This document shows, piece by piece, positions 1 to 9,463 of a stretch of DNA of 64,000 nt. The translations under genes were made by a program, and so were the position numbers. This stretch comes from Candidatus Latescibacterota bacterium (GTDB lineage Bacteria; Latescibacterota; UBA2968; GCA-2709665): positions 544,001 through 608,000 of the forward strand of contig CBDDDZ010000002.1 of the NCBI GenBank assembly GCA_965226795.1, written 5' to 3'. Position 1 is the stretch's first letter; each line of letters begins with the position of its first letter. Under the pieces are notes generated by a model that was given only the letters and a program-made list of their open reading frames with translations, was not told the DNA's origin and searched no databases.

Positions 1-2706
1 AAACAGGTCCTCCACATTAAGACTAAGGCATCGGAGATAGTTCGCGGCTTCAATGGTTAAGTTCCACGCGGGCTGCTTGGTATTGGTTTCGTTTTCATCA
101 TAGCGAAGGTAGGCGGGAATGCAAGTCGCGCCACGGTCCATTAGATCCAGACAGCCGAGTTGGGAGATCACCTGAGGTGGCGACCAATCACGACGAGGCT
201 TGTGTTGTGTGACCAACCACATATTGTTCACGAACACATGTGGCATGTAGTCGGGTACAGGTCGCCCAAGCAGTCCGTGCTTTGCTTCCCAGTAGAGCCA
301 GCGATGGTCGAACGGCCGGTAGGCATGGGAAACAAAGCGGGTTTCGATTGGGCCGCCGCGTTCGAGCAAAGCGTCGCGTACCGAGCGGGCGTCAGGAACC
401 ACGAAACCAGAAGAACTCTTCATTGCTGCGGGATAATCTTGTACGATTTGTTCGTGGCTCAAAGCCACGTCGAAATAATCGGCGACCCTTGCCTTTAGCC
501 TTGCAAGATCGAAGTCAATTAGAAACGAGTCGCGCTTGGTCTGAACGCCCGGAAACGATACCGGGAAGAGATCGGTCAATGCCGGCCATTCAAACCATTC
601 CTTACTCACGGCCAATGGAAAAAACGGCAGGCCAAGCGGCAAGACAGGCTTAATATTGTGGTAAAGCGTATAAGGTTCTGCCTCCGCCGTCTCATTCAGA
701 TCTGCGGGCTTGGCTTTTCCCCAAAGATGGCGAAATCCGACTGACTCTGCAGGGGCGTGGTCCGATTTGCGCACGAGTGTCGTAATCGCAGTTCCTACCT
801 GTATACCGACAGGATCACCATCGGATGAGAAGATGCTTGGATCTGGCGCACCTTGTGGTGTGACTTTGCCGGTCTTGTACTTGTCGCCATTCAAGCAGTC
901 AATGCGGATCCCGTCGAATTCCGCCAGATAGCGCTCTCGCATTCCTGTGAAAGACAAGCCGTCCAGCCAGGAATAGTTGGAGATGAAACAGACGACGCCT
1001 TGGCCTGTCTTGGCAATGCGGCGTTCCGCCATCCGGAAGAAGCGGACGTAGAGATCGTTCAAGCCCTGGCCTTCAGGCCGGCGCACTCGCTTTGTATTGC
1101 GATAGGCTTGCGACAACTCCCGCTCCTCGTCGACTGCCATGCCAGCGAAACCGTTATAAGGCGGATTGCCCAGTATCACCAGGATCGGCGTGTCCTGCTT
1201 TACCCGGCCGGCGTGGTCCCTTTCCTTTTTCAGTTGAGGAAAAGCATCCATTTGCGAGCCATCGCCCGTGTTCTCCCAGTCGGTCAGCGCATTGGTGAGA
1301 AAGATGGCGGGGCGCTCGATTCCATCATCCGGCAGGGCCGCGTCAAGATCTCTCAAAGCGAGGTCCACAAGAAGATGGGCGACGACGAAGGGCGCAGGCA
1401 TGATCTCGAAGCCGAACACCCGCTTTGTCGCTGCGTGTCTTATTTTTTCGCCGGTGAGAGCGCCGAGGCCTTGTCCTTTCAGATTGGCGGCGATGCGGCG
1501 AAGAACCTCGGCGAGATACGCCCCCGTGCCGCAGCACGGGTCCAGCACGTAGACGTTTTCCGCGGCAAGCCCACCTGCGATCCCGAGGTCGTCCTTGAGT
1601 GACTTATCCACGCGGGCTACCATGTAGCGCACCACTTCAGACGGGGTATACCAGACACCCAACTCCTTGCGCAGTTCTGGGTCGAAGGCTTCCAGGAACG
1701 GCTCGTAGAAATAGGTTACGGCTTCCCCCTCCTGAAAGCGCGCAAAAAAGGCGTCGTGGTTTACCCGGTCGAGCGCAGCTGTTGTCGATGCCAGCACTTC
1801 CTTCAAATCAAGCGTTTCCAGGTACTCGGAAAGTCGGTGAAACAACTCCCGAAGTACCGGCGCTCGTAGTTGCCGCACCGCCTCGAGCCAGGCGAACTTG
1901 TCTGTTCGCTTCTGCGCCCGTGCCCACAGCACCCAGGCAGAAAAAACGCCGTAGAACAACGTCTGCACCATTGTCGAATGAAAGAAGCGCGTTCCTCGCT
2001 CGTCTTCAAAGTGGACACCGAGCGACTCTTCCAGTGCAGATCTTACCGCATCGAGCGAAGAGGTATCCCCGGCGGCTTCGACACGGGCGAGGCCGTCGCG
2101 GGCGTACGACGCAAGTAGCCACGCAAGGTCCTTCGGTTCGGTGATCTCCGCCTGGTGAGACAATGCGCGGCAAAGATATTCGCCTAATCCTGCGCCGACC
2201 TCGTTTGCGAAGGCGCGTGGCTTGTCCAACTTGTGCCAAAACTCTTCTTCGGTGTTGGCGAGACGATAGCGCTCGAGCAACGTCTCTCCACCCGTCGCGT
2301 CCGGGCCGACGAGAGCGAACTCTCGCAAATTGGTGGTCAGCACGAGGCTGTACCGGTTCAGATAGCGCACGACTTGGCCCCGAACCTGCGATGCGCCCAT
2401 ATTTTCGGCAGGGGTTTTAACTTCCACTACGCCCCGTTCCGGCGTTTGTCCCTGGCGTGGACGACCCTTCTGGACCTGCTTCGCCTCGTAAAGGCCAAAA
2501 TCGGGATGTCCCGCACCCTGGTCTGCCAACTCGCTTACACAGAACACCTTTGGCTTCAGCGACGCGCCGACGGCGTTCAGGAGATTCGCCAGCGGACCAT
2601 AGCTCGAGCGCTCTCCAGTCCCGCCGCCTGTCGCACGGATTCGCCCCAAATCGTTGAAGTAATTCTCAACCGCTGTAACGAGTCGTGATGTCGTTCCCTT
2701 GTTCAT
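1..2706 (-). CDS. Single-polypeptide restriction-modification enzyme (type IIG/ISP-like N6-adenine methyltransferase with N-terminal nuclease); 3' end lies beyond the left edge
   Basis: Absent from the ORF track because it has no stop in the window. Manual translation from ATG 2706 gives MNKGTTSRLVTAVENYFNDLGRIRATGGGTGERSSY..., PD..EVK (GHPDFGLY...GVVEVK), GVWYTP, motif I VLDPCCGTGAYL, motif IV ILGNPPY and NDLYVRFF. The frame is open to base 1. Confidence 0.9.
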   Translation of the reverse strand, partial: MNKGTTSRLVTAVENYFNDLGRIRATGGGTGERSSYGPLANLLNAVGASLKPKVFCVSELADQGAGHPDFGLYEAKQVQKGRPRQGQTPERGVVEVKTPAENMGASQVRGQVVRYLNRYSLVLTTNLREFALVGPDATGGETLLERYRLANTEEEFWHKLDKPRAFANEVGAGLGEYLCRALSHQAEITEPKDLAWLLASYARDGLARVEAAGDTSSLDAVRSALEESLGVHFEDERGTRFFHSTMVQTLFYGVFSAWVLWARAQKRTDKFAWLEAVRQLRAPVLRELFHRLSEYLETLDLKEVLASTTAALDRVNHDAFFARFQEGEAVTYFYEPFLEAFDPELRKELGVWYTPSEVVRYMVARVDKSLKDDLGIAGGLAAENVYVLDPCCGTGAYLAEVLRRIAANLKGQGLGALTGEKIRHAATKRVFGFEIMPAPFVVAHLLVDLALRDLDAALPDDGIERPAIFLTNALTDWENTGDGSQMDAFPQLKKERDHAGRVKQDTPILVILGNPPYNGFAGMAVDEERELSQAYRNTKRVRRPEGQGLNDLYVRFFRMAERRIAKTGQGVVCFISNYSWLDGLSFTGMRERYLAEFDGIRIDCLNGDKYKTGKVTPQGAPDPSIFSSDGDPVGIQVGTAITTLVRKSDHAPAESVGFRHLWGKAKPADLNETAEAEPYTLYHNIKPVLPLGLPFFPLAVSKEWFEWPALTDLFPVSFPGVQTKRDSFLIDFDLARLKARVADYFDVALSHEQIVQDYPAAMKSSSGFVVPDARSVRDALLERGGPIETRFVSHAYRPFDHRWLYWEAKHGLLGRPVPDYMPHVFVNNMWLVTQHKPRRDWSPPQVISQLGCLDLMDRGATCIPAYLRYDENETNTKQPAWNLTIEAANYLRCLSLNVEDLF

Positions 2707-2804
2707 GATTCGTTATTGCCTCTTTGATGGCTCCGGTTGTAGCTTGTCATCGGAGGCGCAATGCTTCAAGGAGCCCGTATTTCTGGTCGTTTTGACCGTC
2801 TGAA

Positions 2805-5800
2805 TCACGTCATGCCACGTTCTGCAGCGAGTTCCTTCATTTGTTGCTTGAGTTCACAGGAAAGGTCGGCTTTAAGGAGTTTGTCGACGAGTTCCTTGCC
2901 ATTCGACCACGCGCGAGTACGTGATTTGATTCGGCCCAAATGAATCAATAGCTTCGCAACCGCCTCAGGATGACGATTCCACAGATCGCCCTTTTCAATC
3001 ATATACACTATCCGGTTACTATCGGCACTTGGATCGGTAAACTCCGCCAGCTGCATCTGAACGGCCAAATTTACCGCCTCCGGAAACACCCCTTTCAAAT
3101 CAGGCAACCAGCAAAACATAATTCCCATTTCACCGTCACCAAGTCGTTCGGGTACACCTTGAAGGCGATTCTCCCAATAAGCCTTGAGCCAACGATTCCA
3201 CCATTCCTGTTGCTGGGAACCAGTCATGTCTTCTAAATGACTCTTGATAGATAACGCGAAGTATCTCCGAGCATTTTCGTTACAATGCGTAAAGAACGTA
3301 GGAATCCAAATGTCAAGGGGATCGTCGGAATAATACGCCAGCATAGTGAGATAGCGTCCAATAAACTGTTTTCGTTCTTCACTCGATGCGTCACAGACAA
3401 TGTGTGGAACAGCGTCAAGGAATGCGTCTCCCATCAGTTCAGCCACGGGCGGGCTGAGAGGTCCATACAGAAAGCCTCCCCAAAGTGCTTGATAGTCGTC
3501 ACCATCGGCATGTTTTGTAAGCAAAGGAATCAAATGTGCCTCTGTCCAATCTCGATCGACACGTAGTAGAAAGGAAAGATACCGCGCGAGGACTGATCTA
3601 CCCAATCTACCGGCAAGTGTCTTATCCTCGACGATATCTGCTAGTGCGTCACGATAGTCAGAGCTTAGGCCATCGGACGCCCCGGCTTGCTGTTTTCGCC
3701 AGCAATTTAGGCTATTCAGCCAGAAACCGGCGAGAAGACCGGCAGTGCTGTCAATCGCTGCTGTAAGCCAGGATCCGATTTCTCTTCGCGCATCGTCGCG
3801 GTCACTGTAGCGCCATAGGTTAGCGGCAATCTGGTTAACTTGTGTAAGCGGTATGTGGGTATGTTGGGTCTTGTCATTCGTCACCAACTTGTAGAGGAAT
3901 TCAGCGATAGGACGTGCACAGTTTCTTTGTAATTCGATCCTTTCCAATTGCTGAATGACTTGACGAATTTGATTCTGGTCGAGTTCTGTCTCCGACCACA
4001 ACCGCATTAGAGTGTTCCATAAATCGGTATCCCAGTTCCGTCCACCGGCCAATGCTTCCGCCAGATCGATTCCCCAGTGGAATTCCGTCTTCGCCGCCTC
4101 CGAGACGGCCATGTTAAGCCCGAGACGGTCTGGTTCATGAATTCCTGTATCCTGGAATGACACTAGTTTTTCGGCCCATTCCTCAGCGGGTTTTGAAAGG
4201 AGTTCGTCTACGGTCCAGGGGCTCTGGTGGCCTCCCGGGACAGAACTCATCCAGTGAGTGAGATCAGGACGGTCGCTCGGTTTAAGTTCAGGATACCTTC
4301 TCAGCACATCGTCCAGAGCTTCTCTGGTGAAGGGACATTCGTGTGCCGCGGTATAGAGCCAATGGAACCATTGGAAATGATAATCGGCTGTACGGCGCTC
4401 GGTCACGTCATCTTCTTCTGCTGGCAGACGATGGGCTTGAATTTTCTCGATAACGGCTTTACGGCGGCCCCCATCGATATAGCAGTAAATTTTCTTCAGA
4501 ACCACGAACAGTTCATGATGCGCAAAAAAGTCGTTCAGATCCATCCTGGAAAGCAGCCAGTCGATTTTTTTGTTCGGATTTAGGTCCTTGCGAAAGGATA
4601 ATGTATGCACTGACATACGGCGCAAAAGCGGTGACTCCTCCCTTGCAAGTCTATCACACCATTGCGCGGCCGCTTCCTTGCAATTCGATGCGAGCCATTC
4701 CAGACAGTCCCGCGCAGAATCGATCAACACATCAACGGTCTCCAGATACTCGTCCTGTTCGTGTGGTTCGATGGCGCTTCGGGTATAACTGACCGGATTC
4801 CAATCTCGGGTGGCCTCCTGCCATGCGCTGAGTGTGCGGTGCTGTGCAGTCAGATGCCCGATAACGGATGCAAGTAGCGGCTCCGCTACACGATCGAGAT
4901 TTGGCTTCAATCCTTCAATCCACAGTTTGTTGATCGTGAAGTGCTCGCTCACAAAGCCCAATTCCACATCAATACGGGGACTCTGTTCTTCCTCATCGGA
5001 ATCGGGCCACGAAAACCCCCGCTTGACCACAACGCGGTTTGCTGCCATCGCATCGAAGACATCGACGACACGGTCAAAAAGCTTGCGATTAACGCAATAT
5101 TTGCCTAACCACAACAACGGATGTTCCTTTTCCAATCCTGCGGGAGCAGTAGCAAGTAGAAGGGAAACCCAGCGGGACAAGGTATCTGAATCACATGGCG
5201 TATCATTCTTCAACGCGATGGATCGACACAGTGCGTCCCAGAATATCGGATGTGGCTGCACATTCCGCCGTCCGATCAACAGAAAAAGCTCATCTGGATG
5301 ACTGTATGCAAATCTCTCGGCTAGCCAGCGTCCCAATAGCCCATCACGCTCACTTAGCTCGGTGGTTCCAAACATGCCGGCGAGAATATGGTGCTTGTCT
5401 AGCCAATGGACCCATTCAACTGAAACGGCGGCAGCCGTAAAGAAGCGTGTCTTCACTGGATCCTTGAGCGCGTCCTTAATGAGATCTATTTCTTCTTCAT
5501 CGAGTGGAGGCGGATTCGTGGCGATTTCCGTAATCTCTCGCTTCCAGTCGAGGATGCTGCGCCTCGTATTCTTCGCAAGACCGTTAACACCCCTATAGAG
5601 AGCGCCGTGGTCATTATCGGACGATTTCACATAGGTGATTGGCTCAATCCCGAGATACTGCCAACGACTGTCGTCAGTTTCGTGGGTGACCGCGAAACGA
5701 CTCTCCGTTTCGTCTACCGGCAAAGCACGTGACAGATAGTTCATGATCGTATCGTTGTGCCTGTAGCCCACGAAGAGCACCGTATAGGATCGAAATACAT

Positions 5801-6360
5801 CCACAAGAAATCGCCGTGCCCAACCCTCGGTCAGATACGCGCGACCGAAGTCTGCGTCCGTGAGAACCATGTCTTTTGGTCGACTGAGCATCCCGTGCAC
5901 ATGGACGATCCCCGTGAAGTGTCCACCTGGAGGCAGGGCAGGAGATGTAAAGACGTCAGGCCGCGATACGAACAAACACTTTTCCGCTTGCTCGAATAGC
6001 GTATCGAAATTCGTTGTGACGATGCGAGGCGCCATGGATTCCGGATACAGCTTCAGCAGATCTCGGTGCAGGTCAGCGGGTTTCGGGATTTTTCCACAGC
6101 AGTTTTTTTTCAACTCTTCTGCCGCGATCTTATGTACGTCCACACCTTATGTGTTTGAGCCTGCCGAGAAAACGGTCCTCGGGTTCGTTTTCTTTCAACT
6201 CTTCCCCAGTGCCTTGCGCAATCGCCATTGCCAACTTCGTGAAGCTCGGAAGACTCGCAGGTTTTCCCATTGAAACTCCCGCACCGGCGAAAACGACAAG
6301 CTTGTCGTCACGCAATGCGTTTAATATTGGCCGCGGGAAATCTAAGCCGCCTATTTTCAT
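2805..6360 (-). pseudogene. DSR1-like defence sirtuin (SIR2_2 plus large C-terminal region, DUF4020-like), split by one frameshift near 6148
   Basis: ORF 6130-6360 carries VVFAGAGVSMG..LPSF. ORF 2805-6143 carries IVTTNFD, HVHG, DFGRAYLTEGWARRF and VLFVGY. One extra base in CAC-ATAA-GGT-GTG separates the two frames. Confidence 0.75.
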
Positions 6361-6418
6361 AGCTTACTTGTCCGACAAAATCGTGAAACATGGATGGGTG
6401 CCGTTTGCGCAAGGCCGC

Positions 6419-6983
6419 TCAATCCGGCCCTTCGCCGACGGTGTTCTTTTCCCAGATTTCCCCGAGCGCGTATTCCTCCACCTATGTGTCGAGTTCTTCG
6501 GCGTGGGGCCTCTCGAACTCCGTGGCTTCTTTGTTTCGTTCCACGACCACGATATCGCCCGGCTCGAAGCTGTCGACAAATGCGCTGGACTGCGTGCTGA
6601 CGAGCACCTGCGCATGCCGGCTTACGGAACGAAACAACGAGGCAATCACATCAACCGCGCACGGGTCCAATCCTAGTTCCGGTTCATCCACCACAATCAG
6701 AGACGGCAGTTTCTCAGCAGGCTGTAACAGAAGCGAAATCAGGCAGATGGCTCGCAAAGTGCCGTCCGAAAGCTGATGAGGACCGAAAACGAGGTCGGAC
6801 TCCCGATGCCGCCAATTGAGAATGACGTCCCTTGTATCGGCGGGCTCCAGATCGAAGTCATCGAAAAACGGCGCCACCTGCCGGATGGTGGTCACAATCC
6901 GCCGGTAGTCGGTTTCACTATTGGACTTGAGCGCGTAAAGCATGGCTGCGAGGTTGCCCGCGTCGGGCTTGAGCCAGCGGTTG
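6419..6983 (-). pseudogene. Truncated paralog (3' half) of the 8241-9341 ATPase
   Basis: Closely similar to 8241-8805 (LSDGT, VVDEPELGLDP, STQS). TGG>TAG premature stop at 6482-6484; the original stop is at 6419-6421; the N-terminal half is missing. Confidence 0.9.
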
Positions 6984-7074
6984 CTCCGCCGGTCGCACGT
7001 ATTCGTCGAAGGTCAGTGAAATAGCTCTCAACTGCAGTCGTCAATCGGGTCGCTGGGTTGGTCGTGATACGCAT
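6978..7074 (-). pseudogene. 5' stub of a second R-M gene paralogous to 1-2706
   Basis: PATRLTTAVESYFTDLRRIRATGGAT aligns with TSRLVTAVENYFNDLGRIRATGGGT. The upstream motif tcttt..ggctccgg.tgt is shared with the 2722-2740 region. Confidence 0.85.
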
Positions 7075-7200
7075 CTTTCAAGGCTCCGGGTGTCTGCGAC
7101 ACTTGAACTTTGCCCCTAATTCCTATATGTTTCGGATATGGCCGGCATGAAACCTGTCACCTGCCGGCGAAAGTTTCCCTTGCCGACGCAGACCGCCGAC

Positions 7201-7629
7201 ATGCAAATGAAACCCTGCCAGATCCTGAACCAGCGAATCGCGAGCATACTCGAACCTCGCCCGGAGGTTCTTGAGGCTTATCTATTCGGCTCTCGCGCGC
7301 ACGGCCGGGCACAGTCCCACAGCGACATCGACGTCGCCGTTTACATCGATGAAACTGTCGTTGAAAAGAGCACATTCGGGTATCGGGCACAACTCATCAC
7401 AGAGATCATGGCCGGCCTCCACAGCAACGACATCGATCTCCTGATTCTCAACCAAGCCCCTCCAACTCTGTACTACCATGTGCTGCGCGACGGCATACGT
7501 GTCTTGTCCCGTGATTTGGCGGCGACAACGACGCGGGAAGGCCGTGCGGTTTCCCGATACTGCGACTTTGTTCCCCAGCTTGCAAAAATGGATGCGGTGT
7601 GGCGTTTTCGCTTCGGTGGTGAACGGTGA
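7201..7629 (+). CDS. mntA: MntA-type minimal nucleotidyltransferase antitoxin (type VII TA)
   Basis: AYLFGSRAHG...SDIDVAV (GS..DxD) and DIDLLILNQAPP. Overlaps the downstream HEPN gene. Start uncertain (7138, 7201 or 7207). Confidence 0.85.
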   Translation: MQMKPCQILNQRIASILEPRPEVLEAYLFGSRAHGRAQSHSDIDVAVYIDETVVEKSTFGYRAQLITEIMAGLHSNDIDLLILNQAPPTLYYHVLRDGIRVLSRDLAATTTREGRAVSRYCDFVPQLAKMDAVWRFRFGGER

Positions 7630-8063
7630 CTCCCGGACTACCGAATCCCTCTGTCGTGCGGCGGCACCTCACCGCATTGAGTTTCGCGGTTGGCAACTTG
7701 CGTCGGCATTCGGATACGACGGCCGCTCAGCTCCGCGACAATTCCGATCTTCGCTGGTTAGTCGAACGCGGCCTTCATCTCTGTGCCCAGAACGCGCTCG
7801 ACGTAGCAACCCATCTGGCATTATCCGCCGGCCTTGATGCGCCGGATTACGCAACCGCCATTGACCGACTTGCAGAGATGAACGTGTTACCCGATGATTT
7901 CGCAGCGCACTTTCGGGCTGTGGCGGGTTTCCGCAACGTGCTCGTCCACGGCTACCTTGACGTCGACCTCGATCTGATCGGGCAACTCCTCGTCCGGCAA
8001 CTAGATGACTTCGAGACGTTTGCTCGCCACGTCGAACGATGGCTTGCCAGACTTGTCGATTGA
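7626..8063 (+). CDS. hepT: HepT/DUF86 HEPN ribonuclease toxin
   Basis: GFRNVLVHGY (Rx4HxY) and VERGLHLCAQ; GTGA overlap with the MNT gene. Confidence 0.88.
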   Translation: MTPGLPNPSVVRRHLTALSFAVGNLRRHSDTTAAQLRDNSDLRWLVERGLHLCAQNALDVATHLALSAGLDAPDYATAIDRLAEMNVLPDDFAAHFRAVAGFRNVLVHGYLDVDLDLIGQLLVRQLDDFETFARHVERWLARLVD

Positions 8064-8240
8064 GGAACAGCGCATTGAGATGTGTCGGCCGGAGCAGTGC
8101 TTTGACTGTCAACCAGGCGGATCTTCGATTGTCAATCCGGTCGGTCTCAGCTCTCAGAGGCAGCGCGCCTTGCAATAAAAGTCGAGTGTTCAGCCACTTC
8201 TTGAGATACTCTGTTTGATCTTCCGCCAGGTGTCGAACCC

Positions 8241-9341
8241 TCAATCCGTCCCTTCGCCGACGGCGTTCTTTTCCCAGATTTCTCCGAGCGCGTATTCCTC
8301 CACCCATGAGTCGAGCGCTTCGGCCTGGGGCCTCTCGAACTCCGTGGCTTCCTTATTTCGTTCCACGACCACGATATCGCCCGGCTCGAAGCTGTCAACG
8401 AATGCGCTGGACTGCGTGCTGACGAGCACCTGCGCATGCTGGCTTACGGAACGAAACAACGAGGCAATCACATCCACCGCACAGGGGTCCAGTCCGAGTT
8501 CCGGTTCATCCACCACAATCAGAGACGGCAGTTTCTCAGTAGGCTGTAACAGAAGCGAAATCAGACAGATAGATCGCAACGTACCGTCCGAAAGCTGATG
8601 AGGACCGAAAATGAGATCGGACTCGCGATGCCGCCAATTGAGAATGACGTCCCGTGAATCGGCGAGCTCCAGATCGAAGTCATCGAAGAACGGCGCCACC
8701 TGCCGGATGGTGGTCACAATACGCCGGTAGACGGTTTCACTACTGGACTTGAGCGCGTAGAGTATGGCTGCGAGGTTGCCCGCGTCGGGCTTAATCCATC
8801 GGTTGTCTCCGATGTAACCATATTGCCGGACTCTCGAAGTCGGCGATGTATCGTGGAAATGATAGACGCGACAACGATTCAGCAAAACCCTCAGCGTTTT
8901 CGCCGTGGGCTCTCCTGTTTCTGCCACTTCTCCAATTTTCGTTTCCAGATGGCCAACTCCCAGTTGTACCGTTTTCGGGTTGGGATACCCTTGTTGGTGG
9001 AACGCAAGTGTTTCTTCAGCAAAAATCAGAGAATCGCCGGCGGCGTGGAAGAGTCTCATATTGTAGGTGTCCGTTCCGTTCTCCACCTCAAACACCATTC
9101 TCGCTTCCAGTTGAGGCGTCACTCTGGGGCCGAAGTGCAGGTTTCCCGTGGCCCGACCGGTCGACCCGATGTGTTGCTGGAGGCGTCCGCCCATCAATTC
9201 ATTCACCAGCTTGAAGAAGGCAATGAGATTGCTCTTGCCGACTCCGTTTGCGCCGATGAGGACGTTGAGCGGTCTGAGTTCCAATTTCATCTCTTTGATG
9301 GACCGAAAACCCTTAATCTCGACATTCTTCAGCGTTGTCAT
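8241..9341 (-). CDS. ABC/SMC-like AAA_21 (COG4637-type) ATPase
   Basis: N-terminal KNVEIKGFRSI, Walker A GANGVGKS, signature LSDGT, Walker B VVDEPE and STQS. Confidence 0.88.
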   Translation of the reverse strand: MTTLKNVEIKGFRSIKEMKLELRPLNVLIGANGVGKSNLIAFFKLVNELMGGRLQQHIGSTGRATGNLHFGPRVTPQLEARMVFEVENGTDTYNMRLFHAAGDSLIFAEETLAFHQQGYPNPKTVQLGVGHLETKIGEVAETGEPTAKTLRVLLNRCRVYHFHDTSPTSRVRQYGYIGDNRWIKPDAGNLAAILYALKSSSETVYRRIVTTIRQVAPFFDDFDLELADSRDVILNWRHRESDLIFGPHQLSDGTLRSICLISLLLQPTEKLPSLIVVDEPELGLDPCAVDVIASLFRSVSQHAQVLVSTQSSAFVDSFEPGDIVVVERNKEATEFERPQAEALDSWVEEYALGEIWEKNAVGEGTD

Positions 9342-9463
9342 GGTGTTTACCCCAAATATGACACATTAAAGATCGTACATTGCAAATTCGCCAACAGCAA
9401 ATGATTCTACTCGCCAACGGCTTCCAGTCCCTGGATGTACGGTCATCGTCGGATTCTCCACCC

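Noticed and set aside
160..2688. Plus-strand ORFs such as 853-1602 and 2233-2688
   Set aside because: They are antisense shadows of the R-M gene, which has clear motifs on the minus strand.
6102..6110. A8 tract in the sirtuin as a phase-variation site
   Set aside because: It lies downstream of the upstream ORF's stop and cannot explain the frameshift.
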